DNA of 64,000 nt, taken from Amoebidium appalachense. Lineage: Eukaryota; Protista; Ichthyosporea. The DNA lies in assembly GCA_963693365.1 (NCBI GenBank), contig CAVNZM010000012.1, positions 4,206,409-4,270,408 on the forward strand. The letters run 5' to 3'. The notes under the pieces are model-generated. The model did no database searches and had not been told where the DNA came from. It saw only the letters and a program-made list of their open reading frames with translations. Shown here piece by piece: positions 17,726-29,763 of this stretch (position 1 is the stretch's first letter; each line of letters starts with the position of its first letter). A program made the position numbers and the translations under genes.

Positions 17726-17952
17726 TTGACTGGCTGTACATGCCTTTTGTGTATCACTGAAATGTGTGCTTTCGTGTGATATACACGGACCAAAAAGAAG
17801 GAGACTGAACTTCTGAAAACTGAAACGAACTGCGTTGTTTTGAAGTGCCTGTGATGACTGAAAGGCGAAGTGTCACTGTGGAATGCGAAAGCGTCATCAA
17901 ATTATATAGAGGAGAGGAAAAGTTGGCTAAACCAATCACGTGAGGCGCCAAT
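17726..17952 (-). promoter_or_regulatory. Putative promoter of the PAS gene: CCAAT boxes flanking a TCACGTGA E-box
   Basis: ccaat 17932-17936, tcacgtga 17936-17943, ccaat 17948-17952, ttgactgg 17726-17733. Confidence 0.4.
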
Positions 17953-19347
17953 CCCATGAACGAATTGCCGGGCAGAGCTCACTTTCAGAGGAGAGATCTC
18001 CCCAATGTATAAACCGACTACGGTTTAGTAAACTAATGGTAGAGCTCCATTATATTTCAATTAGTGGAGCTCTGCTCCTGCATGATCAGCACCACATGGT
18101 TGCTATGCACAGTGCACCCTCATATATTGCTCTCAAAACTTCGAGAGTTTGGAGGCTCTTGGCTCTAGCCTACCCAATGTTTATAAAATAAAATCATACA
18201 TGCATAGTGAATCTGATTTATTCTGCCTGTTTCCGCTTTGTTAATCGATAACATCTAGTTCCCACCTGCACGTGTGCTGCTGCACCGCTTCGCACAATCA
18301 AGGTTTCCAGGGGCTTCTGGAAGCTCCAAAAGTCATGTGTGGCTGTGGGTTTCACAATTTGGAGCAGTTATGCGCAATACGATTGGATATTCTAGCCCAA
18401 CCAATGAAGCTGTGCTGAGACGATCTACACGAGTTTTCAAAATAAATGATCTTCATCCAATCTTCAGCTGCTATGATAGAAGGAAAGCAATTCCAGCAGA
18501 GATTTGGTGCACTTTTATCCAATCAAACCGTGGATTCTTTTCACGTTCGTCTCCAAGAACAACACGTGCACTCTATTGGTCCACCTTCAATGCACCTTGC
18601 CCAATCTGGATGAGCGAGGGCTCCGTCGTCGACCGTGGCCCGGAATAAAATTGCATGTACACAGTAGGGTTGAGGGGCAACCACCTCACCTTTTCACGCA
18701 GTGTCCGCTCATTATTATAACAGGTTAGATAGTTTATTATTCACTGGGAAAACGACGAAAGACAGGCTCGCCAGCATACGTGTTCGAGCGGCCGGGGCGG
18801 CCGGACGTGATCACGAGCCCAAGCTTGATCAAGGCAAGCCTTCGAGCGCCAGGCAGGGATGTGTCGGCCCCACTGGCCGGGTACCGGTGGGCCTCGGGCG
18901 GTTTACGCATAGGCCGGGTGGATCTCGGGCCGGGTCGCCTTTTTTCGGTCCGGACCGGGTTGGTTCTCGGGTCTTGGACCCTTGTGATCGGGTTGACCCG
19001 CGGGTTACCAAATGCGAAAACCTCGGGTGTTCGCCCGGACTGGCCATATACGTGTGTACATGTATTCGTGTGTGTGTGTGTGTGTGTGTGTGTCACAGTG
19101 GTGTGTGTGTGTGTGTGTGCACGTGTGTGTGTGTGTGATATGCTTGCGTGCGTGCGTGCTGTGTGTGCACATGTGCTCGTGGTGTGTGTGTGTGTGTGTG
19201 CGCGCGCGCGTGCTACGGATGGGAGGATGATGTCTCTGGGGTGGCACAGTCGGTGGTGGGTGGTGCTGCTTGCAGTCCCGGACCGGTTGGGGTGGTATTG
19301 GGGACTGGAGGAGGGAACTGCACCATGGCCACTCAAACTCCAATCGG

Positions 19348-19387
<40 letters not shown>

Positions 19388-20193
19388 AATGGCATTTCTG
19401 GATGAGGGTTGAACCGATGATCAGTTGAACCGATGATCACTCCTGTGAAAAGCGCTTTTTTGGTCGTGAAACTTGTATTTCTATAATTTTTGCCATAATA
19501 TTTTGTAGAAATAATAGTGCTACAGGCAGCGCCGCAGCTAAAAAAGTTAGCCAGCAAGGTGACAAATTAACCTTTTATGGTTAGTCACCTGCCAAAAATG
19601 GCGCGTAAAGAATTGGCTAATTGTTATTGGGTACCACTTGCCATCATGCTCCCACGGGCGGGCAGGTGGGCGGGCGGGCGGGGAGGGGGCCAGGGGGGGG
19701 AGGGGTGGGGGGGGGGGGGGAGGGAGGGGGGGGGGGGGGGGGGGATGGTGGAGGGGGGGGGGGGGGGGGAGGGAACCCACCCACGCGCACCCTCCTCTGA
19801 CTGGACCCACTGGTACCCGAGCAGCTGCAGCCGAGCCCCTCTCACGTACCCGGGTGGACCCATCATATCCGTCCAGTTGCCCCATATTTTTACATATTAG
19901 GCCTTTTTCAATTTTTACACCGGGGGTTGTAGTAAAACGGGTGAGGGGTGGGGGGGGGGGAAGGGGGGGGAAGAAAGGGGGGAGGGGAGGAGGACCACCG
20001 CCACCCCAAAGGAGTAGGTCGGGGATGGGTGGAGGGGGGGGGGGGGGGGGGGGGACTACCCCCACCCTCCCTGCTGGGGAAGGGGTTGGTGGGAGGGGAA
20101 GCGGACCCACCACCTCCCGAAGGGGTAGGTCTCCCCCAACCTGGCTACCGGGGCCCGTGGGAGGGGAGGAGGGGAAGAGGAGGGGGGAGGCCT

Positions 20194-20227
<34 letters not shown>

Positions 20228-20834
20228 CTACCACCATCCAGGGGGGTCGACCTAAAAATGACCCATGATTTTAGTCAGCATATATTGGACATCAACCCGG
20301 TGATGGTATTTATTATTTGTACATCATCTTTATCCAATAATCACCATAGTCACCCAAAATATCAAATTCAGCCTGACCTGCCTATACTTAATCTAGCCAA
20401 GTATCTTTCTCCTCCCCCCTCCCCCCCTTCCCCCCCCCTCCCCCCTCCCCCCTCTCCCCCCACCCACCCCACACTCTGCCACGCATTATTTCCCACATGG
20501 CCATTCTCAACCCCTTTCCCACCGCAAGTTGCGAGTGGATTTCCTTTGAACTTTGCTATGGTGCATTCGAGAGATCATAGCACCACGGAGCCTACACTAC
20601 ACACAGTTGAAAGCAGCAAGCCGACACCGGCAATATCACACACACGCACATACAGGCACACACTGTGGCACAGTCACACACACGCACACGGACCATGACG
20701 GCTGCACACACACATGCGCGCACGCGCGTGTGTGCATACAAAGTTTAGAACGCAAGCGTGCACGCACACAAGCATGCAGCATGCAAACCGCATATGTACC
20801 ACACACACACACACACATAGCGGCACACACGCAC

Positions 20835-20911
<77 letters not shown>

Positions 20912-22453
20912 GTACACACACATGATTAAACCGATAACCAGGAGAAAATTAGCACCTTAGCTCGTGCACGCAGGCACACACACACACGCACATGCACACA
21001 TGAGCATGCAGGCACACACACGCGCGTGCGCGCTCACGGGCACACTTGCAGACTGCCCAGGGTAGTATGCTGAAATTTGTGGTGGCACATAGTGATGTGT
21101 GCAGGCACACGTGCACACCTGGCACATTTTCTCGATCCCATATTTTTCTCTTACTCCGGATCCCTTATCCCCCTCCCCTCTCCCTCACCCCCGCTCATTC
21201 TCTCTCTCTTTCTCCCTCCCTCCCGGCCCATTTGCCCCGTCCTCTCACTCGCTCTCTATCTCCTTCCCTCCTCGGTAATCTCTTTGGCGTAAATCATGCA
21301 CACACACACGCACACAAATTTGCTGGCACGTACACACACACGCACCATGCATAAACATATTTACACCCCACCCCGTACACACACGAACCTGCATCCGGAC
21401 ATCAATTTTTCATGGGTGAACAATGGGATCACTCATACGAATACAAACGGCACACATTCCGAGCAGTCACAATTACATACACACACTTAATGATAACGAA
21501 TGCTGAGGAGAGCCTCGAAGAAAGTAAGAAATAGTGACTCACTCACGCGCGCATTCACCACACATAGGCACACATCTACTCACGCATGCACACACTATGC
21601 CTTGCGCGCACGCACGCACGCAGGCAGGCAGGCACACATAGGGGGTCCTTTGCAGGTATAACACAGAGACAATGGCATGCTCACTACGGCAACGATGAAT
21701 CTGATAGGGAACTCTCCGTGCCTCAGTGTGCTCTCACGCACACTCTACAAAGAGGCTGCAAGCGGTCACACTGGGGCTCAAAGCCACATTCGGTGAGTTA
21801 CTTGCATTGTCTATGTTTGCATAGAAGCTTCTACCTTTAATGCAATCTTCTCGTTTACTGGATAGCCGCTTTACATTTTTAGAACTCGATGTAATGATCA
21901 CTAAGGCTAAAAACACCCAATGATGTTCAAGGTACCTCTCAGCTGCATCTCTCAGTAGCACCTCCTTAACAAGTCGTGCACGTCTCCAATATCTGTGAAA
22001 ACAGTAATAACCATCATAGTGTGCAACATCATACTGGCTTTAAAGGGCTACCTCACAATATTACGGAAAAGTTTGACGTTGAAACATGAAAACACAGACA
22101 TTGATGAGTCACAGTAACGTTTCTTCGACGAATATTCGTATCATAGTTTGCAGATCAACCTTAAGGTTGCAGATCAACCTGTAAGGTTCGGCTTTCCTAT
22201 GTAGTTTAAAATGTGGGCTATACAATTTGTATCACCGTGTTTCTACGGAAAACCCCCTCTCCTTCACCCCCTTACCCCCTTTTCCCCTCCCCCTTCCCTC
22301 TCTCGACCCCCATCCCAACGAGGCTCCCTCCCTTTCTACCTTTCCATCACCCTCCCTTCTCCCCCCTCCCTCCCCTTTCCCCCCCTCCCCCCTCCTCCCC
22401 ACCGTCTACCAACCCATTAATAATTCGCCATTCAAGAGTGTTCCGGCAATATT

Positions 22454-23191
22454 CTACTCGAAATAATCTGCCAAATCACCAATGATTTGTTGTATATCGG
22501 ACGGCAGCGGCTCAAAGGTAGTGGTGGTGACCGTCTTTGTGGTAGTCTTAGTGGTTGTTTCCGTGTCATGAGTGTAGATAAAGGACAGCTCCGGCAAAAT
22601 AGTTTCCGTCGTTTCAGTAACCGTTTCCGTCGTTGTTAAAGTCGTTGTCTCTGTTTCGTGTGTGTAGATGGAAGAGGGCTCGGGTTCCATGGTTTCTGTG
22701 GTGGGTAGAGGTTCGATAGTCTCTGTGGGCTCAGGCTGGACGGTGTCTGTAGGCTCGGGCTCAATGGTCTCTGTAGGCTCGGGCTCAACGGTTTCTGTGG
22801 GCACGGGCTCGATCGTTTCCGTCGTTTTGGAGGTCGTGGTGGTAGTTGTTGCGGTAGTAGTGAACACGTCAGTAATGTCGGGGAAGATGCCAGTCTCAAC
22901 AGGGTAGGGGCCGGCGTCAGATGTGGGCCATGCTCCTGTTGAGGTATCCGAGAGCGTGTCACTAAGGGTGCCGGTGTTTGACTTGCCACCGCCAGCTATG
23001 TTGCCACAACTGTCGTAACCGAAAATGTCAACCCCAAGGGAGTTGTAGCCGTCTATGTTGTAGGAAAGGCCCTTCACACCAAACCGGGCATATGGAATGC
23101 CGTTACAGGCAGTTGCAGCTGCATGGTGAATCATGAAGGAGCAAAGCCCCACCAGCAAAGCAGAGAGTGAAAGACCCTGAAACAGACCCAT
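22454..23191 (-). CDS. Secreted Thr/Glu/Pro-rich mucin-like protein with N-terminal Cys-bounded GY[DN]-repeat domain
   Basis: 245-aa single-exon ORF: hydrophobic signal-like N-terminus, CNGIPYARFGVKGLSYNIDGYNSLGVDIFGYDSCG, then about six TETxEPEP octapeptide repeats. Confidence 0.88.
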   Translation of the reverse strand: MGLFQGLSLSALLVGLCSFMIHHAAATACNGIPYARFGVKGLSYNIDGYNSLGVDIFGYDSCGNIAGGGKSNTGTLSDTLSDTSTGAWPTSDAGPYPVETGIFPDITDVFTTTATTTTTTSKTTETIEPVPTETVEPEPTETIEPEPTDTVQPEPTETIEPLPTTETMEPEPSSIYTHETETTTLTTTETVTETTETILPELSFIYTHDTETTTKTTTKTVTTTTFEPLPSDIQQIIGDLADYFE

Positions 23192-24245
23192 GTCGCCTTT
23201 TTCTGGAGTTCCTGCTGTTCACTGTGTTGTAAAGCGCGTATGTGCACAAAATGGACTGGAGCTCTGGCTGGCTCCACGCCATGAAGGCTCCTTTTGAGAC
23301 CTACGAAAGAAACGCGTGCGGCGTACCGGTGGAGAAAGCGAGCGCTTATTGGTTGAATGCGCAACAGAAGGAATGTGTTTGTGGAGGAGTGTAATTTTTT
23401 CTTATTTCAGACCCAACCCGTGACACGGTGGCAAAGCCCTCAAAAAGCAGCAGCATGTTTCTAACGAACTACTTGTAAGAGCTTAAAAATACATTTCGAA
23501 TACAAAAAATGTTAGTTTATAAAGCTTCTTGAATCATAAAAGCCTATTGAACTATACTTTAAGAAGATTCTCTGTGGCACCAACTACTGAGCCGCATTTG
23601 GTATACAGAAGAGATGGCAATCATGATATTTGCCCACCTCTTTGACTGAGCCATAGTGCGTTCGAAGCCAATCACAAGCGTTTACCAAAAAATTCACATG
23701 CACGTGAAAACCAGATCCGTGGATGATCTCACCAGCCAGCTGGTTGCCCCAGATTAGATGTTGGGAGAATTCCGGACCTTGCACCAGAAAAACTGATAAT
23801 GGGATGGCGTATTGAAGCGCTTTTGAATTCACTTTCATGTGGGTAGGTTATTTATGTCCCAAACAGCGTTTCATGTGTGCAGGAAGGAAGCGAATACAAG
23901 CCGGGGGGAGACATGTCGACAATTTTGTCCACACAGGCGCAGGCGCACACTCACGTGCACAAGTACACACGCACACACACGTTCACAGGCACATAAGCCT
24001 CCATGCACACAAGCACACACATAGATAGAAATACACGCTAAGAAAGAGAGGGAGGGGGAGGGAGACTGAGCCTCGTGAGAGGGAAGCCACGCCTCACTCA
24101 CACACATCCTCGTCTCCACACCGGTACAGTTTACCTGGGCACAAGTGTGCTCATGACATCAAAGGACTTGTACAAGAAGAAGAAAGAAATTTCAAAGGTG
24201 CCGGATTTATCTATTAGAGCTTTCTGTGAACACAGCACACACACC

Positions 24246-25261
24246 ATGATGCTGTTGCTCCTTATTCTTCTGCTCTGTGCAACACGAGGGCAAGGGCAGC
24301 GCTTTAACCCCAACAATGGAGATACCATAATAACTACTTACACGGCCATCAACACACCCTCATGTGCTGCCAACCAGGCAAGGTTTGGCATACGTGGTGG
24401 TAACTTCAACTACGATGGCTTTGACACAGCGGGTTTCGACGCCTTGGGGTATAACCAGTGTGGAACGAGCAAGGGCGCAAACACACAAACGTCAACTTCA
24501 GTTTCATTCAGCAGTCAGTCGCTCTATTCTCCCTCCTACACCACCACAACGAGCGTGAAAAACGTGTCTTCCCAAATCCCTACCACAACATTGTTTGTTG
24601 CTACCACCTTGGCTCCTACCCTTATTCCGTCCGAACCTACAAACTCAACACCCCTTCTAACAGACACTGAAATCTCAGAAACTCCCCCAGTTCCGGTGGA
24701 GGAGGGATTGGAATTAGATCCCGCTGCACTTGAGCCCAAAACGGCACCACGACAAGCACGTTCACTCAGAAGGCTTCACTTCATTCGCCAACGTTCTGCT
24801 CACCAAAGAAAACGGTTTAGAGTAGTAAAAACCGAGAAGCAGAACGAGAAAACCTGCCCGCTAGGTTATTTCTCAGACGATAAAGGCAAATGCGCCGAAT
24901 GTCCGCCCCTTCCCTTCTGCAGCAATGTAACCTGCACGGACATGTACGACTCTACCTGCCAAGACGGGGAATCCCACGGAATCCCACTAGAGGTGCCCTG
25001 CGTGGAGGGGCATTACAGAGACGCATACGGTGTGTGCCGTGCATGCAAAGATACACACGGCTGTTTACCAGAAAACAGTGTCTGTATGACCTACGAATTA
25101 GGGCTATGTAAACCTGGAAAGTGTGCCGATGGTTTCTACAACCAGCCAGAAACGCCCTCTGCATGCAAGGGTACGTGCCTACAACCCATTAACTGAATTT
25201 ACTTGCATGAAAACACCCTCTACCTCCCCCCCCCCCCCCCCCTCCCCCCAACACACCGTGT

Positions 25262-25325
<64 letters not shown>

Positions 25326-25699
25326 TGCACACACGCGCGCGCGCGCATGAGCGCAAGTAACCTACACACACTACTGCCAGTTACGGCGTTTAAAGGGACA
25401 TCAATAGAATCTGTGGGTTGGTGGGTTTCAGAGGCTTTGATTCACTCAGGGCAGAGGGAGTAGGGTAAGCATGTGGACAAACAAACACTCATAATGCTAC
25501 GAATTCTGATCTTTTATATGCTATCTAAGGCCTATTGTTGTGTTGTGGTGTATTTTGTGTGCTCCGAAATACCCGGACTATTGTTAGCAATATTGTTGAA
25601 ATAGCTTTTGTTTAGGCCAGTGTGCGCAAACCCACTGCCAGATGTTATTATTACTGATGCACGGCGTGTTTGGTGTCGGGCGCGCCGGGCGGGCGGGGT

Positions 25700-25739
<40 letters not shown>

Positions 25740-25877
25740 CTCTTGTGCATTTCTCTCCTTTTTCCCAGGACAAGGCGTTTGTGTAAGTGTTTGTGGCTGC
25801 ATTTGTGTTTGTTAGTATATTTTGGTTTTTATTTATTTCAATTTTTTTTTGGTTTTTCTTTTTCTTTTTTTTTTTTT

Positions 25878-25923
<46 letters not shown>

Positions 25924-26008
25924 AGAATACTACGAAGCACTAGTGACAAGGTAGCAGGGAAATCAAGACATCGTTTTGCACAAGTCATTGTTCTCCCCCC
26001 CCCCCCTC

Positions 26009-26043
<35 letters not shown>

Positions 26044-26390
26044 CCCCTCCCCCCTGTTGCAACACACCACCACACACACACACACTACTGCACTTATGCA
26101 TCACCAGTATCTCATGAGTGGTATTTGTGCAAGTGCATCCATACAAAATGGATGAGATATTTCTCGTGGCCGTACTTTCCGTTTGGGGCCAAACGAGGGT
26201 GGGAACCCTTTGGGTAGGGTTTTGTGTGTGTGCGCGCGCGGTTTGGGGCCAAACGAGGGTGGGAACCGTTTGGGTAGGGTTTTGTGTGTGAGCACGCGAT
26301 GGTGCGCACCCGCCAGACAATGTATGTTGTTGTTGTAGTTGTGGTTGTTGTGGGGAGGGGTGGGGGGGTGTTTTGTTTTTTTTTGTTTTT

Positions 26391-26423
<33 letters not shown>

Positions 26424-26599
26424 AGGGGGGAGGGGAGAGAGGTAGGGTAAGGATGTTTGGGTGTGCAATCTGTGCTCCTGCATATGTCTGTATGTGTGTC
26501 TTTCTTTGTTAACACTTTGGACAAAAGGAACTCCCCCCCCCCCCCCCCCCTCCCCTCCCCTCCCCCCCCCCCCCCCCCCCTCCCCCCTCCCCCCCTCCC

Positions 26600-26634
<35 letters not shown>

Positions 26635-27218
26635 GACCCCACCCTCTCCTGTTGAGAACTGTGTGCACATGCATAACTTGCAGAATTAATGGAGAGCTGC
26701 ATTCCTAAGTACGTTCGGAAGGGATTCAAAGAGGGCAGGTGCCTCGGTAGCTGTTAGTCTCCTGACGGGAATTCAACAAGTGGGTTAGGTGGTGTCCTCA
26801 TCTCATTTTCTGCACAACCCTCGTTATGTACATATTTACCTGACTGCTTGTGATTTCTCCTTTTGCGGCGAGAGGTGGGAACGATTGTGGGGAGAGATGA
26901 GGAGGGAGAAGGGGCGGACACCGGTTTTTTTCTGGGGGGGGGGGGGGAGGGGGGGTTTTTTTTTTTTGGGGGGGGGGGGGGGGATGGAATGTGACGATCT
27001 GAATTAAACTTAATCCATTATGCTCCTCCTTTTGAGGGGCACATAGCCGTTAGATATGTTCCACACACAAACTAATCTGATGGATGCTCCCAACAGAATG
27101 TCCGCCTCTGGCCTGGTGCACCAAACCCCTGTGCACCTCTCACACGGACACTGTCTGCGCACCTGATGGTTGCGAGCCCGGATTTGCGTTTCTGCGCGGG
27201 AATTGCTATGCGTATTAG
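24246..27218 (+). CDS. Secreted protein: GY[DN]-repeat domain, Ser/Thr-rich stalk, polybasic linker, Cys-rich repeats
   Basis: ATG 24246 opens signal peptide MMLLLLILLLCATRGQG. Exon 24246-25170 (phase-1 GT donor) joins in frame to exon 27097-27218 (ECPPLAWCTKPLCTSHTDTVCAPDGCEPGFAFLRGNCYAY*), which repeats ECPPLPFCSNVTCTDMYDSTC of exon 1. A garbled middle exon is possible at ~25555-25785. Confidence 0.85.
26181..26290. repeat. Tandem duplication with 60-bp period (50-bp copies, 1 mismatch)
   Basis: gtttggggccaaacgagggtgggaacc(c/g)tttgggtagggttttgtgtgtg at 26181-26230 and 26241-26290. Confidence 0.9.
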
Positions 27219-27670
27219 AAGCTAGATTGCTCCGTGACTAAACAGCTGCAGCACGGGTCGAAGAGTGGTCTAGCATGTATCTTGTGATGGTATCAAACAT
27301 AATTGCGTAGCCAAGGGAGTCGCTTGCCCTTTGTAGGTTACTGTTTAGAGTTCATAGCGACGCTGTAGGTATTTATGTGTAGGCGCCCATACGGCCCGGG
27401 TCAAGGTATACATCGAATGGTAGATTACAGTTACATATTGGTAAGATGTCCCTTTGAGTTATAAGACCGAGTCACTGATTAGACACGGGTTTAAATGCCG
27501 ACACTATATCCCCCTTTCTGGTCTCCTTCAAATACAGGAACCTTTCGTACGGTTCATCAACCCCTTTCCTTTCCCGTCCCCAACACCCATCCCCAACACC
27601 CATCCCCACCCGGTCGTCCCTTAAGAGTTTTCCCTTGCAAGTTTTCCTCCCTTGGTCTTCCCTGTGGCAT

Positions 27671-27705
<35 letters not shown>

Positions 27706-28602
27706 CCCCCCTCCCCCCCTCCCCCCCCCCCCCCCCCCCCCAAAAAGGAAAAACACGAAAAAGGTGAGCCTAGAATGAGGCGGAAAAACAGGTGAGTTCG
27801 GAAAGGTCTTTGGGGGGGGGGGGGGGGGTATGTATTTAAGGAGGTGGGGAGAGAGGGGGGGGAAGGGGGGGAGGGGGAGGGGAGAAGCAAGTAAGCATGT
27901 TTGATGGGCTACGAAACATGCTGCGGCTGGCTATGCCAGTTGATTGATTGTAATGGCCAATGAGGGGCCATTCTTTCTGTCGCACCCATACCCACGCCCC
28001 ACATTCTCTGTCTATGTCTCGCGCCGCCAGTAGGAGGCCTTTACACACCCTGTTGAGAACCTCTTCATACGGAACATGCCACACAACATTCATGCACACA
28101 CCCGCCACTGAGTATCTGTAAAAGTAAGCACACGTACACTATAATGTTTATTTGCGAGCTCAGCACCTTTCGATCTCTCATCCCGACCTGCAGGTACTTC
28201 ACTTGCACAGGCTTTGTTCACACATGGTGACATGGACGCATATACCAGGCGCACACATATGCATGGTAGTACACGCCTTTTCTTTTTTTTTTTTTTTGAG
28301 GGAGGAACAAACAAAAAAGCCAAAAAACGGACTAGCACACGATTGCACACTATGTTGATACACACTATATACTCAGGTACGTACAAGCTTCCTCCCCCCC
28401 TCCCTCCCCCCCTCCCCCCTCAAAAAAAAAGAAAGAAAACCCCTCTACCCATTCCCCCTCCCTCCTGCTTCCATCGAAGTTCCCCCAGAAGCACCAACCC
28501 ACACACACTTACACACTTGCCGCAATACAGACACAATTTTTTTTTCATTGTTCTTGCCCTACCAGTCTCCCCCCCACCCCCCTCCCTTTTCCTCCCCACC
28601 AC

Positions 28603-28699
<97 letters not shown>

Positions 28700-29256
28700 C
28701 ACCTGAGTGGCACGCTCCCCTTCCCCCCCCCCCCCCCCCCCCACCCTCCCCTCCCCTCCCCCCTTCCTCCCACAGGCTGTCTAGCTCCTTTGTCAAGAGT
28801 AGCACTTTTTGCAAATCTTGGTTGAAAACTCGTGAAGTTTCGTATTTAATAGCACAGAATAAAAACTTAACATGCAGAACCATCAAGGTCTGATGCAGTA
28901 TGGGGTGTTGATCCCTCCACGCAAGAATATAGATATTATCCTTTCAAGAAAAGACTTAATATAAATAAAAAAACGAGAAAAGGCACAAAGAAAAGAGAAT
29001 AATCGCAAAAGGTGCTTCAGCCATAAGATATATTACTTCGAAAATCTGTGCAAGTAACACTACATACACCTCTACAAACAGAGGGCCTCTGCCTTGAGCA
29101 AAATAAAAATAAAGGAAACCGGAGGTAGGGGAGAGAGGGGAAGGAGGGCGGGGGGGGGGGGGGGGGGGGGGGGTCCTGGGAGGGAGGTACTTGACAAGGA
29201 AGGAAAGAGAAACAATTGTGTGGCTGGTTCCGAAGGTGTACCAATGAAGCAAAAAG

Positions 29257-29292
<36 letters not shown>

Positions 29293-29763
29293 CGCCCACA
29301 CACACACACACACACCTTTGCTAGTGTGTAGAGAATGTCTATTCGAATGGCTATGTACATAAATATGATACACAAAACGGGACGAGTGCCATATAACTTA
29401 ATCGTCAATACTAAAGTTACAATTTTTGCCACTATACCGTGCATAAGCAGACCAGGAAATATGTATTGATTTACTAATAGACAGCTGAAGTAACTTGACA
29501 TATACACATGTGCTAAGTTGCATCGAGATCCCGAGCTGCTGAGTAAAGTGCTTCATCGGCCATGTATTATACAAAACGATCATATTTTTAAAAAGGCCGA
29601 GTCTGAAAAATGAGAAACAAAAAGGAGATAACCAAAAGACTAAATCAACGCTTTACAGAATAAAAAGACAAGATGCCGTAAATTTCACAAAGGAAAGCGG
29701 AAAGCCTTAGAGAAAAAACCAAGTAAAGAAAAAATGGAATAAGATAACGCCAAGTGTAGATGC

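Noticed and set aside
24075-24245. N-terminal extension in the ORF track for the secreted gene
   Set aside because: It begins at GTG; the signal peptide starts at ATG 24246.
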